Assembly (NCBI RefSeq): GCF_006345805.1
Contig: NC_043007.1
Location: 14,508,001-14,572,000, forward strand
DNA: 64,000 nucleotides
Reading direction: 5' to 3'
Origin: Octopus sinensis
Taxonomy: Eukaryota
Shown here: positions 14,501 to 30,019 of the stretch, piece after piece
Layout: every line of letters starts with the position of its first letter
Position numbering within the stretch: the first letter of the stretch is position 1
Position numbers and translations under genes: made by a program
The notes under the pieces: model-generated
The model's database searches: none
What the model saw: the letters and a program-made list of their open reading frames with translations, nothing else
What the model was told of the DNA's origin: nothing

Positions 14501-17500
14501 GTTTGCACCCTCATAACTTAGCAGTTCGGCAAAAGAGATCGATAGAATAAGTACTAGGCTTCCAAAGAATAAGTCCTGGGGTTGATTTGCTCGACTAAAG
14601 GCGGTGCTCCAGCACGGCCACAGTCAAATGACTGAAACAAATAAAAGGGTAACTGAAAGAAAAACTAGGGGTGACACGATTAACTAAAACCCTTGAAAGT
14701 GGTACCCCCAACATAACTGAAACTAGTAAAAAAGTATTTAGTAAATAATGTCAAAAGGATCCCTAAAGTGTAGCCTGAGATGGGGACAAAAACGAAACAA
14801 TTACATTTCAGTATGAGATTAGGCAACACAAAATAAAAGATGAAACAAATATCTTACTTAAAATTTGCAACTTCATTCACCACAAGTTCAATTCCAGTCT
14901 CATGGTTCCACTGAAATAATTATTATCATAATTAATAATCTGCATAAGTTAGTAAAATTAAGCAAAGAAATTATAGATCTGTAGTAGAAAATGATGTTTG
15001 GCAGTTTGAACCAGACCTGCCTCAACTACTGTTAAACTTAAGTGCCAAAGCCCCCGACAACCCATATTAGACCTACCTTTGCCATTGTCCCAGTCATTCA
15101 TGTTAGGTTCACAAAGTTATTTCGGCAGAAACAGGTTTAGCAGGTCTTTAAAAAATTCAATTTCTTCACAGTTTAACTTTCAAATGAAAATACTATTATC
15201 AACTATGACGTTACAAATGACAAACATTTTTAGAGTTGAAAATTTTATTTATTCCACAAGTTTTTGAACTAGAAATTTTTTTTTTTTTTAAAAAAGGTGA
15301 CCTGGATTATTAGAGTCAGACTAGGAAATGTTAAACAGTTTCTGTAGATATTACACTGCTTTTGTAGTATAGGTTAATAAATAAAGGTTGCACTTACATC
15401 TTCGGGTAGGGCTTTTACAAGTTCACTGTGTGCCATTGGAGTAATGCACAACTGGTGGATAATTTCCCTCTTGACAACATCTTTGTGGGTTACTTGACCC
15501 ACACCGACTGTGTAACGTTCACCTAAAAAAAAAAAAGGGGGGGAGGGATCAAACAATAGTTTACATTAAGCCCAATATATTTTTTAAACATTGGCCTAGT
15601 GGTTAGGGCAGCGGACTCGCAGTTGAGGGGTTGCGGGTTTGAATCTCAGACTGAGCGATGTGTGTGTTTATGAGTGAAGCACCTAAGCCCCACGCAGCTC
15701 CCGCAGAAGGTGATGGTGAGCTTCTGCTGACTCTTTCGCCACAACTTTTTCTCACTCTTTCCTCCTGCATCTTGCAGGTCACCTGCAACGGACAAGCGTC
15801 CCGTCCAGGTGAGGAACCTATCATCGTTTAACATCCATTCTCCATGCTAGCATGGGTTGGACGGTTCGACCGGGGATCTGGGAAGCCAGAAGGCTGCACC
15901 AGGCTCCAGTCTGATCTGGCAGTGTTTCTACAGCTGGATGCCCTTCCTAACGCCAACCACTCTGTGAGTGTAGTGGGTGCTTTTTACGCGCCACCTGCAC
16001 AGGTGCCAGGCGAGGCTGGCAAGAGCCACGATCGGATTGGTGCATTTTACATGCCACCAGCATGGAAGCCAGTCAAGGCGGTGCTGGCATCGGCCAAGGA
16101 AACCGGCCCTATGAGCCAGGCATGGCTTAAGAAGGAACAAACATGCTAACCTGTGCCCCAATAGTTCTGGAGGTTTCTAATAGCCAAATTATAAAGTTCT
16201 TAAACTGACAAACACAGGAAACTGATGTAACTATATCTCAGATTAAAACAATGGTTATAGACAAAATTTGAACTATCAGTTTGGAACCTTAAGCCCATCT
16301 CAAAACTCCAATTAAATAAATTGTAATCGAGCAGGTTAAAAATTAACTTTCTTGAAGTGAGGAGAGAGAGAAAGCAGCTGGGCATGAAATGGTATCAGTT
16401 AATGCCTACAGGTATAAAGTGATACACAAGAATGACACCTGTTGGAAGAAAACCAGTTGAATACTGAGAACAAAGTAATTATGGTAGAGCAAAATCTAAG
16501 GTGTAGGAATAAGTAGTGAGGTTATGTCTGGGTCTCAGAGGTGAGATGAACAGTGTGAAATGGTGTGGCTGTATGTTGTTACATAGACTAGTGCAATATA
16601 TGTATAAAAAAAAGCATTATGATGAACTAATAAGGAGGTGGTCGAAAAAGCCAGCTTCTATATATGGCTGAAGCGAGAAGACCAAAAATGGCTTGAAAGT
16701 CATAACATGCCGGCGGAAAATAACATCACTGAATTAGCTTCGCTGACTGACAGCTAAGACTATGCGCCTTCATCGGTCAGTTAAAGTTGAGACAGTGTCA
16801 CGTGACAACTTGCTGGGGCTGCCTGCTGGAGCCTAGCAGCAGGTATTTAAAGGGAAAAAGATTTGACAAGTTAGTCAGTCACTCGCTGACGCTACATCGA
16901 AAAGGCCAGGGAACAGAAGAAAGAAGAAGAAATGCACCCAACACTAGAGCTGAAGACACCTCCGAAACAGGGGCCCCGCCACGTCAAAACGGTTGAGGAG
17001 TAGGGGCCGAAACTGGACGTGGTTCCTCCTGATGATGTCTTGAGCTAACTGGATCTTATAAAGGAGCTGTTGTGATTGCAGACCACGAAACACAGTTGAA
17101 ATTCCTCAGATGATCTTGCCAAAATGATTACAAATATGAAGAGGTCATATAATTACCTAAAATTATAATTAAAAGGTTCAGAAACTCCTCAGCAAGCACA
17201 CTGGTTTGTCTGACAGAATCTTCTTGGCCACCTGGATCATCGTAAGTAGACCTAGGATAAAATAGAAGCTAATTACAGAAAAGACAATTGTAATAATTAT
17301 AATATGGACACATCAAATATCGGGTGTAGTTAAGTTAAAAATAAACTTCATCAACAAGAAAAAAAATAACAAAATGAAATTAATAGAGAGTCACTTACTT
17401 GACCCAAGCAAGTAAACCATATTTGTTCAACAAGTGAATGAGAAACTCATCAGGATTTAAAAGAGAAGCACCAATCTAGCAAAGTAAACAAAGAAAATTC

Positions 17501-20500
17501 TGTTACAAAACACTCAAAACAACAAAATCACAATTTTGGGTTGTGGAATAAAAGTGATTTATCATCAATGCATATATAGTATTCTAGAGTAGAATGTGCA
17601 GGTGTTATGCAAATAAATACAGCATAGTAGGTAAAAAGTGTTCCTGGGGTGATCATAAAGGAATTTAACATTTGGAGTAAAGTGGTTTGATTAGATTTTA
17701 ATATAATAATAATAATAATAATATAATAATGTATATTATTGTATACAGTGCTCAGGTGTACCACAACTTGTCAAAAGTGCGTGTAAAGCATATGCAGTAA
17801 TGTACAAATGTCTGGAAAGTGAACAGTGTATGAGTCAGATACATGCTTGCGTGTGTATGGAGAGGAGAAAATCAGGTGTAGTGTTGGCGAATCTCAGGAA
17901 GCATGGAAGTTTTGAAGGATGCAGTGCTCCGACAACTAACAACTGATGCCAACAGTTTGTTCCATGCTTCAGCAACTCTTAGTGTGAAAAAATGTTTCTG
18001 AAAGTCATGGGAGCTGTGGTAAACATGTCCACGGGTGTTAGACAGGTGGAGTTTGAAAAGGTACTCAGAGTTATTGTTTGTAAGATGGTTAATAATTTTA
18101 TGGGTGTCTGCCAAGTCAGCTGCCAGACGTCGGAGTTTCAATGTATCCATGCCCAGGGAAGTAAGGCGTTCAGAATATGGCAACATGAAGTAGGTTATAT
18201 CTAGGTCTCAGCAATAAAATAACTAGGATTGAGTATGGCTGTCTGTTGTACAGCAGACCAATTCAATGTATGCCAATATATAAAAAAAAAAACAAGTGTT
18301 AAATCTGATAGTGGTGGTGATATTTCCAATCTCATTAGAAACAGGACTGAGCTTCATAGATGAGACAAGACAGAATTGAGTTACATAGAAAGATACCACA
18401 TGCAGTGGAGGTTACACATGGATGTTATACCAATATTATAGATGATGATGAGGGTGGAATATCCTGGCATGTAAAACTCAATCCAAGCAGCAACTTTATT
18501 GAATACACAGGACAGAACAAAACTTCCCACTTACAGGGAACATTAAGTATTATAATATAATATAATGAAATTATTGTATACAGTGCTCAGGTGCACCACT
18601 AACATCTAGTGGGAACCTAGAATTTCAAACATCACAAAACAGTAGAAACTAAAACAAACACAATCATAACAGATACCTGTGCATGTTCTCTACTAATATG
18701 TGAAATATTTAGTGAGCTAACACAATCAAAATGTCGTAAAACTTCCAAACAACAGTCAGCAACATCTACTCGCATGTGTCAGTGAGTCCTGACCTTTTAA
18801 AGTAGATCAATAAACCTTCACTAATTATCACTAATGGAACTGATAGTCATATCTACAGAAAACAAGTTTAAAGGAACACACAGAAGATGAACTATACCTG
18901 TAACATAACAATATCTTTATCATACATTTCTACACGGCATCTTACATTGTTATAAAAGAAGATCTGAAAGAGAAACAAAAAGAGAAGGTTACATCAAAAG
19001 AGAAAATTAATAACATACAAAATATTTATTTATTGCCCACAAGGGGCTAAACATAGAGGGGACAAACAAGGACAGACAAGGGGATTAAGTCGATTACATC
19101 GACTCCAGTGCGTAACTGGTACTTATTTTATTGACCCTGAAAGGATGAAAGGCAAAGTCGACCTCGGCGGAGTTTGAACTCAGAACGTAACGGCAGATGA
19201 AATACTAAGTATTTCGCCCGGCGTGCTAACGATTCTGCCAGCTCACCACCTTTAACATACAAAATATTATACATAATAAATATCCTTAATTCTTTTACAT
19301 CAACTAATCCATCTTAATACACACCCCACTTAAAACTATATGGAATGTTTCTCATCTTTACAGCACACTTTCATCCTAACTACACATCTTAAAGAAAACA
19401 CATTCATTTAAACTCATCACTTTTCCTTTCAATTAGATACAACCTAACAGTTTCAAATTGAAAATTTCAATAATCTGCATTTGCTATTTATAATTTGATA
19501 GAAAATAAATCATAAAAAGGAATAAAGACTTGAATTGAAATTGTGATTAATGCCACAAAATATAAAAAAATGAAACAGCTATTTCTGAAGAATAAAATAA
19601 CAATCTTACCTGATTAAGAAGGGAGAAACCATTTCTTCTCCACATTCCAGCATAATTTTGAGCTATCATAACTTGAGTTCGCAGTGGCGGTTCTATCAAG
19701 TCAACAGGACTCATTTCAAACTAAAGAATAAAAACCGAACCTTAATTAAATGCTGATTAATATTTGAAATTGATATTTGACAAAATAATGAAAATAAAAA
19801 GGTATTCTTTAGTAATTATAAACCTTTATGTCAGTTGAAACTTACTTTAAGAAGGGTTTCAGGTAACAGATTTCAGTTTGTGATGAAGAAATGTGGATAT
19901 AATAATAATATAATAATAATAATAATAATTGTGTACAGTGCTCAGGTGCACTACAACTCATCTAAAGTGTATATATAATCAGGTGTAGTTTCGGCGGATT
20001 TCGGAAAGCATGAGGGCCTTAAAGGATGCAGTGTCATGGCAGTCAACAACTGACGCAGGCAGTTTATTCCATGCTTCAGCAACTCTGAGCGTGAAAAAAT
20101 GTTTCCGAAAGTCATGGGAGCTGTGTTGTTTTCTGACTTTGTAGGCATGTCCACGTGTGTTAGACACATGGAGATCAAAAAGGTGTTCAGTGTTGTTGTT
20201 GGTGAGGTGGTTGATAACCTTGTGGGTGTTTACCAAGTCCGTCGCCAGATGCCGGAGCTTCAGTGAATCCATGCCCAGGGAAACAAGGCGCTCAGAATAT
20301 GGTAGGTGTCTGATGGAGGGTATGGGTTTGGTTTCACGTCTCTGGACAGATTCCAGGAGGTCAATGTTCTGAGCAAGATAGGGGTTCCAAACTGATGATG
20401 CGAATTCCAAGTGTGGTCGTACCATAGCTGTATACAGTTTTAAATAGATGGCTGGAGAGCGGCTAACAAAAGTCTTGCTGAGTGATGCCAAGACACCCTC

Positions 20501-23500
20501 GGCCTTCTTGACAATATGTTCTCAAATACAGGCATAAATATATCTCAAGAGACAAAGTGTCGTAAGTTTAATTAATGATGATGTGCCGGTGCCAGTGACA
20601 TGTAAAAAGCACCGTCCTAACATGGCAGATGCCAGCGCCACCTGACTGACGTCCGTGACATGTAAAAGCACCAACTAATTGTGGCCGTTTGCCAGCCTCC
20701 TCTGGCCCCTGTGCTGGTGGCACGTAAAAAACACCCACTACACTCATGGAGTGGTTGGCATTAGGAAGGGCATCCAGCTGGATAGAAACACTGCCAGATC
20801 AGACTGGAGCCTGGTGCAGCCTCCTGGCTTCCCAGACCCTGGTCGAACTGTCCAACCCATGCTAGCATGGAAAACGGACATTGAACGATGATGATGATGA
20901 TGATGGTGATGATGTAACAACTTATGAGAGACAACAATGGTAAGGATGACACGATAAAGTAAGCATCTGTTCAATCAAGTCTAACGTGAAACAAAACATA
21001 CCTGTGAAATCATCTCTGGAGAACATATACCAAATTTGTCCATATGTAGATAAAGCCCTGGCAAGAATTAAAAAAAGAGGTAATCAATTCAAAGGAATTA
21101 TGAAAAATATAAGATACAGATTATGATAGCAACAGTGTTTTTAATTTGGTTACAGAGAAAATCCCTTTTCTTCCATGTTTCACTATAAAGAATTTACTCA
21201 TATAATCACCAATCAAGTAATAGCTCTAATATTCATAATTAATTTGTTTTAAACCTCAAGGTCAAATTCCTTCGTACATAAGTTAAAGTGTGTAAAACAA
21301 ATTATATTGTGGAAAAAGCCATTTTAATCATTGAACAACAAACAAAACTGCTGAATTCACATTATATTTTAAATTTATTTCAAGAAGTGTCCAAACTTTC
21401 TTCATACAAATGCAACTTGGGTCAATGGCACAGTTCCTCTGTAACTCAGTTTAAATTTTAAATTAAAAATGAATCTAACAGCTTTGACGTTATTAAATGG
21501 TTAGAATGGTCCTTCCATGATATAACTGATTCACTTGCAAGAAATGCTTTCAGATCAAGTCACTTGCTAGACAAGTACAACTCCAAAAGTGTATAAAAAC
21601 TTTTGGATCTTACATGGTCTACATGTGTGTACACACACACACACACACACACAATCACATTAATGTATGTATATATTCTTTTACTCTTTTACTTGTTTCA
21701 GTCATTTGACTGTGGTCATGTTGGAGCACAGCTTTTAGTCGAGCAAATCGACACCAGGACTTATTCTTTGTAAGCCTAGTGCTTATTCTATCGGTCTCTT
21801 TTGCCGATCCGCTAAGTTACGGGGATGTAAACAGCAGCATCGGTTGTCAAGCGATGTTGGGGCGACAAACACAGACACACAAACATATATATATATAAAC
21901 GACAGGCTTCTTTCAGTTTCCGTCTACCAAATCCACTCACAAGGCTTTGGTCGGCCCAAGGCTATAGTAGAAGACACTTGCCCAAGGTGCCACGCAGTGG
22001 GACTGAACCCAGAACCATGTGGTTCGTAAGCAAGCTATATTAATTTTTGCTCAGATGATATGTAATTGTTTGTCCCAATAAATTCTTGACAGCAATTTTA
22101 CCAAAATTCATTTTGAGGAGAGAATAATTGTTTATTTCATAATTGAGATTAGTTAATTTGCTTTAGGAGTCAAGCATACTGTTCAATGATGTGATAGGAT
22201 ATGATTTAATTCAAACAGTGTATTATCAATGTATGAATATATATATCTAATGACAAATAAAAAAGATATTGACAGATGGAGTAGAAGTTTAGGTGTATTT
22301 CAAGAAGGAAAAAATAGACAAATAAATAAAACCATATTAAGTACCGGCAAAGAGGCGAATAACTGGTAAATGGATACTGACAGGCTGGCTAGCAACATCA
22401 TATTTTATACACTGGGCTACAATTCCTGCAACTGAAATAGATGAAAATATATTATCTTAAAGGGAAATGTTACAAAGAATTTTACACAAATCAGGTACTG
22501 ACTTTACATAAGACAAAATTTTCACATAAATTTCACTTATATGTAGGACAAAGTTTTAATTTATATGTAGGACAAGGTTTTAACTTATATGTAGGACAAG
22601 GTTTTAACTTATATGTAGGACAAGGTTTTAACTTATATGTAGGACAAGGTTTTAACTCATATGTAGGACAAGGTTTTAACTTATATGTAGGACAAGGTTT
22701 TAACTATATGTAGGACAAGGTTTTAACTTATATGTAGGACAAGGTTTTAACTTATATGTAGGACAAGGTTTTAACTTATATGTAGGACAAGGTTTTAACT
22801 TATATGTAGGACAAGGTTTTAACTTATATGTAGGACAAGGTTTTAACTTATATGTAGGACAAGGTTTTAACTTTATGTAGGACAAGGTTTTAACTTATAT
22901 GTAGGACAAGGTTTTAACTTATATGTAGGACAAGGTTTTAACTTATATGTAGGACAAGGTTTTAACTTATATGTAGGACAAGGTTTTAACTTATATGTAG
23001 GACAAGGTTTTAACTTATATGTAGGACAAGGTTTTAACTTATATGTAGAAGAGGGTTTCAATTTACACATAAGACAAGGCTCAAATCTAGAAATAACAAT
23101 GGTTGAATTTACCATCACAATCTTCCATTTTATGGGCATCCAGTTTATCTCTACATTGGTAAAGGGTACAAAGAGTAGATCTAAAACAGTCACTAAAAAC
23201 TGAAGCCTGAAAGTAGACAACAAGAGTTAGTGTGAAAGTATACAGTAGAAGGTGGAATGAAAGTTTACAGCATCACTTTACCTCTATTCAATCGAAATTA
23301 CCAAAATGTTTTCAGAGTTAGTGTTTTATAGATTTGCATTTCCTCAAAACCAAAATATACTAAAGATCAATACCCACATCACGGCCCTGCTTAGCAGTGT
23401 GGCTTACCTGAGTAACACTGGCCCAGCATATATAATTGTAAATATGTACAACAGGTAAATACTGTTTCACAGCAAGTAAGTAAGTAAGTACAATACAAAG

Positions 23501-26500
23501 GACTAAAGTACTTTGTAGGCCAAGAGTGATCAGTTCAAATCCTCACCTAGATCCAATGATTATGGAAGTCATCACAGCATGAAGAAAATTTTTTCCACAC
23601 TGCTAGACATAACTATATTCCTGTATGATCCATTTTACCTGACACAACAGCTATACACCCGTATGATACAGTTACAACTATAGCTGTTCACCTGTATAAT
23701 TCATGTTATAATAAACGACAACAATACATCTATATGAGCCATATTGCAACACATGACAATTATACACCTGAGTGTATCCATGTTACAATTCACGACAAAA
23801 ATACATTTGTATGATCCATGTTTGTTAGCCAATGTCACTATAAAAACTTCCTTTGGTCAAGAATGACCATGGGATTGCACCTAGTGGTTACCTTCCAAGG
23901 CACATGTTCAGGCAAGGTTGTTATTAGAAGACCAGCAGTCACCCATACATACAAGCCTCGCCTCTCCATGCCACCAATGTTATCCAAGGGAAAGGCTAAG
24001 ACCAATACAGCTTGGTATCAGTGACATCACAACTCATTTCTACAGCTGAGTGAACTGGAGCAATGTGAAAAAGCGTCTTGCTCAAGAACACAGCCCTGTC
24101 TGAGAATCGAACTCACTACCTCATGATTGTGAGCCCGACACTCTAACCACTGAGTCATGTGCCTTCACAATGTTACAATACATAACAACTATCTGACAGC
24201 TTATACACCAGCATGATCCAACAGGTCAGACCCAAGTCATAATATCTTAAGTAACCCACCATAAGAAAACAGGTGTAAAATAATTAAAAACAAAAACAAT
24301 TTTAATAAACTTCAAAGTAAAATTCTTACATTACTGCCGCACCAGTCCAAAAACAAAGCAATGTTATCTTGTAAACGAAGTTGAAGATTAAATGCACTTT
24401 CCCATTCTGGTTCTATTTCTAAATGTTGACCAGTTTTACGGGTGACAGAATCCATTCCCTGCAAAACAAGAAAAGAGAGATTGTAATGGAAACAATATTT
24501 AAAGAATTGTTGTTTGTTGATAGTTTGTTTGGTACCATCTAAATAGCTCTATTGATTTATCTCTTATAAGCCGACGAAGTGAGTTCACAGCTAGCAGGAC
24601 GGCCTGCTGTGCTAACCTTGGATCATAGAGTGACCTGCTGTTCTTGAGGAGACCTACTGAGTCAAGTACGTCAACATCAAAATAAAAATCAAATGGAAAT
24701 TGTAGTTAAGATACCTGTGCCGGTGACAGATAAAAAGCACCATCCGAACGTGGCAGATGCCAGCATCGCCTTGACTGGCGTCTGTGTCGGTGACACATAA
24801 AAGCACCAACCAATCGTGGCCATTTGCCAGCCTCCTCTGGCCCTCGTGCCGGTGGCATGTAAAAAGCATCCACTACACTCACGGAGTGGTTGGTGTTAGG
24901 AAGGGCATCCAGCTGTAGAAACACTGCCAGATCAGACTGGAGCCTGGTGCAGCCTCCTGGCTTCCCAGAACCCGGTCGAACCGTCCAACCCATGCTAGCA
25001 TGGAAAACGGATGTTAAACGATGATGATGATGATGATGAATTGGTATAACTCAGAAAAATCAAACACTGCAAATTTTATGTTTGTGCCAATTTATTGTAG
25101 ACAGAGTTTAGCATTTATTTCATCATTTGCTTTTTTTACCAGTTCAATCCCTTTACAAAATGAATGCACATGCCTTAACTATTTCTTCTTTTTTTACTGA
25201 ATGCTCGCTTGATTGAAGCCTTCATTGAAGACACATAGTTGTGTTAGATATTGCTTCAGCTGCGCCATGCTCCAGCATGGCCACAGCCAAATGACTGAAA
25301 CAAGTAAAAGAGTATAACTATTTTGCTGATGTTATTGAGCTGTGGAAGCTTCTTTTTGCTTACTAGACAGGTTCTTCAGTTTCAGAACTAACTTACTTGT
25401 ATGCTTATCAAAAGATCAAGCAATGCATTAAAGCCATTGCAGAAGCTTTTCTTCAATTGGTCTGTCCACTCTTCAGCACTTGGTTTACACAGCAATGCAT
25501 ATCTGAAATGTATGATAATGTATACAATATTAAAACTGCTAAATATATATATATAAAGGAATGAGCCCCAAACATAATTAAATGGAAGCTCCTTGAACAA
25601 CCAGGGACTCATATAAACAAGAGCAAACGATGTAAGCTTTAATTGGCAGAGAGCAAAAGAAGACTAAAAAAATTCACTTGACCTGGAGACCTTTTTAAAC
25701 TCCAAGAAAGAAGTATTCAGTCAATGCCCTCACCTAAAACATTCCCTACTTCAGACTTGGTATTCCCCATTTGTTCAGTAGGCCAGCCACAGCTCATTTG
25801 AATATTACCACAGCCAAAGCCAGTGTAAAAGGGATAACTCCATCCCATCACAGACAATTATTTTTTGTTTACAAAACCAACTGATTATTACATATTTCTT
25901 CCTCCAGTTGCAGAGAAGTTATGCACCTTCAGCTATATTTGAGTCTGATGAGTCGCCTATACTGCTAAACATTTTATAGGTGCAAAACCAACGGTCATTC
26001 TTTGGCAGTGCGTAACTTTTTAAATATAAGTTCCCACCCACATACGATATTAAATAAGTTCACAAGTCATATATCATAATATCAAATACAACTTATGAAA
26101 TGTAAACTAACAATCTGCATATTAGAAGTAAATAATGAATATAATTAAATTTTGTCAGATTTGTGATTTAAATATAAAATAACTCCAAAAAGTATTTCGT
26201 TTTTGGATTTGGTTTGCAAGATTCTTTATATGAGTCTGTGTGTTGAAGCATATTCTGTTGTGTTTGGGGAGAGTCATTTTCTTTTTGTGCCTTATAATGT
26301 AACACACTCACCGGTAAAATTTCAATTTATAGAAAAATAGGAAATAAGTGGAAATTTTACCGGTGAGTGTGTTACATTATAAGGCACAAAAAGAAAATGA
26401 CTCTCCCCAGACACAACAGAACTCAAACAAGGCTCCACTCTAGTGATTCAAGCACTCAAAATCCTCATCATTATCATCTATGTAAAGTAATTTAAGTGAT

Positions 26501-29500
26501 GAGGCTACAGTGAACTTACTGATTAATTCACATAAAATCCACCCCATGCATATTTACGTTTCACATATATTTAAGAATACTTGGATCCTTCTCCACAAAA
26601 TAATAGGGGCAAACTGGCATTGGATAGAGTGTCTTGCAGTTTTTGATCTAGCTCCCTGCACCAGGAGTTCAAACCCCACTGAGGTCAACTGTGTTTCTGA
26701 CCCCTTTTGGGGATCTATAAAGTACCTATTTCTTTACTACCCACAAGGGGCTAAACACAGAGGGGACAAACAAGGACAAATGGATTAATTCGATTACATC
26801 GACCCCAGTGCGTAACTGGTACTTAATTTATCGACCCTGAAAGGATGAAAGGCAAAGTCGACCTTGGCAGAATTTGAACTCAGAACGTAACAGCAGACGA
26901 AATACCTATTTCTTTATTACCCACAAGGGGCTAAACATAGAGGGGACAAACATGGACAGACATAGGTATTAAGTCGATTATATCGATCCCAGTGCTTAAC
27001 TGGTACTTAATTTATCGACCCTGAAAGGATGAAAGGCAAAGTTTTTTTTTTAAAGGCACAGTCGACCTCGGCTCAATTTGAACTCAGAACGTAACGGCAG
27101 ACGAAATACCATTAAGCATTTCGCCCAGCATGCTAACATTTCTGCCAGCTCGCCGCCTTGGGGATCTATAAGGTACCACCTCTTGACTGGGATTGACTCT
27201 CCCACAGGAAGAAAATGACTGATCAGACCTGGAGAAGGATGGGTTCTGCTAAATCCAGAAATGTCCAAAACACATCATGTCATGACAGTGCCCTTATACC
27301 TCTATCAAGAGTTAAGGATCCAATATGATATGGTTTCATTTATTGTCAGACCCCACAACAACTTTTATAAAATTAATTCACAAAAACTTCTGGGTTTTTT
27401 TTTTGCCTTTAATATTTTACAAACTTCTAATTTCCATATTTTGGAAGTTACCAAATCAAGTTAGCTTTATACACAAGAGCTACTTACTTTAGATCATATA
27501 GTATAAACCAAGCTCTCTTAAACGAGTTGCCATTTTCACTTCTTCCAAATGATAATTTTCCTCTCTCTGCAACACAAATGAAAACATTAAAAATTAACTC
27601 AAAATTAAACCATTAACTTTGATAAGTTAATCACAACATAAATATTAATCAAATTCAGTAACATAAACGAATATTAAACACCAATGCAATTAGTTAAAGA
27701 AACAGTATTAAATAAACAAAAGGTTACTGGATACTAGTTTTGAAAAGTGTTTGCAATGAAAGTTTTAAAAATGTACTTCAGGTAAAGGAGGGGTAAACAG
27801 GGTTTTTTTTTCAACCATTCAGTAGCAAAGAGAAATAATCCTATAGATTTGGATTTAAATTGAATAAGCCATTGGATTTAAACTGAATAATCCATTGGAT
27901 CTAAACTGAATAATCCATTGGATCTAAACTGAATAACCCAATGGATCTAAACTGAATAATCCAATTGATCTAAGCTGAATAATCCAATGGATCTAAACTG
28001 AATAATCCATTGGGTCTAAACTGAATAATCCAATGGATCTAAACTGAATAATCCATTGGATTTAAATTAAATAATCCATTGGATTTAAATTAAATAATCC
28101 ACTGGATTTAAATTGAATAATCCACTGGATTTAAACTGAATAATCCATTGGATTTAAATTGAATAATCCATTGGATCTAAACTGAATAATCCTATGGATT
28201 TAAAGAGTTAATGAATAAGAAAGCAAATGTGAAGTGAAAGTAAAACAACTTACTATTCTTTTTACTTTCACATTGTTTTAAGAAGGTCTGCAATATCACT
28301 CCCAACAGGTTGTGTTCTGTGATCAGGAAACGAGCCTATTACAAGGACAAAACAGTAGCATAATAATAATAGTTTTGTAAAGTTGTATAAGAATTAGAAT
28401 TCTTATTTAAACATAAACCTCAAATAACAAAACATAACTTTCAATTAATCACTAATAATTTGATTTCTTTTAGTCTGCTCCAGTCATGCGAGATAAGGTT
28501 CCACTTCACAGTTCAGTGATCACAAATGGTATCCAGCAATAAAAAAAAACTATTTCAATTAATTAATTCCTACAAATTCCACAATTTCTATAAATATCTT
28601 CGTAGAGATATTTACTGTAATAAAATTTAACAGGGAAATGGTATGGGATAAGAGGAGGACAGACTGCTAAATCTTGCTGGGTTTTGACTGTCCATCTTAC
28701 TGAGGAGGTTGATAACCTAAGGAGTTAAATACTGGAGGCTAATTTAATTCACTGTGCATTGTTCCTCTTTCAGCAATCAGTGACATTATGTCAAAGCTAG
28801 TAGTCTATGTAACGTTCTTGAATAAATTGTAACTGATACAAAGGAAATAAAGCCATAGCTATTATATAAACAAGTATTCAAAAAAAGATAATCAAATACA
28901 TTTTTAATTACACCAATTATTTTGTAATAGAGGTTATAATGGATTTCATTTTAAAAGTTCTCAGTTAATGAGGATGCTATTTACCAAAAGATAAACTTCA
29001 TCAAATAATATCTTTGACATTCTCTCATCATCGTTTAATGTCCGCTTTCCATGCTAGCATGGGTTGGACGATTTTGACTGAGGGCTGGCGAACCAGATGG
29101 CTGCACCAGGCTCCAATCTTGATCTGGCAGAGTTTCTACAGCTGGATGCCTTCCTAATGCCAACCACTCCGAGAGTGTAGTGGGTGCTTTTTACGTGCCA
29201 CTGGCACGGGGGCCAGTTAGGCGGTAGTGGCAACGACCTATATCGAATCTTTTTCCACATGCCACCAGCACAGCATATATTCACTTATTTGTATTTATGT
29301 CTGTTTTCCATACTTGCATGGGTTAGATAAATATGCTGTTAAGGCATTGTTTTACAGCCAAATGCTTTCTGTTACTAACCTTTACTTTTTTACAATTAGG
29401 GGATCTCATATTCCACTGGGCTTTGAAGGCACAAATGATTTGTTGATAGAATAACTGACAACAGAGGAGGCACAATGGCCCAGTGGTTAGGGCAGCGGAC

Positions 29501-29978
29501 TCACGGCCATAGGATCGCGGTTTCGATTCCCAGACCGGGCGTTGTGAGTGTTTATTGAGCGAAAACACCCAAAGCTCCACGAGGCTCCGGCAGGGGACGG
29601 TGGTGATCCCTGCTGTACTCTTTCACCACAACTTTCTCTCACTCTTACTTCCTGTTTCTGTTGTACCTGTATTTCAAAGGGCCGGCCTTGTCACTCTCTG
29701 TGTCACGCTGAATATCCCCGAGAACACGTGTCTGTGGAGTGCTCAGCCACTTACACGTTAATTTCACGAGCAGGCTGTTCTGTTGATCGGATCAACCGGA
29801 ACCCTCATCTTCGTAACCGACGGAGTGCTTCCACAACTGACAACAACAACAACACACACACTCAGAGTAATTCAGAATGAATGGTAAAAAAAACCCAAAA
29901 AACATACAGGTGAGTGCTGTAATTAATATATTGTACAATACAGATATTCTTTTTTTGTATCACTCATTTTGAATTACC

Positions 29979-30019
<41 letters not shown>

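Noticed and set aside
15844-16161. Recurrent ORFs such as [25 protein letters not shown] and [26 protein letters not shown]
   Set aside because: Chance frames in family D and SINE B repeats, found at many positions on both strands.
22441-23223. ORFs (NLYVGQGF)n / (YKLKPCPT)n
   Set aside because: Translations of the 24-bp tandem repeat; the real exon 23113-23206 is in another frame.
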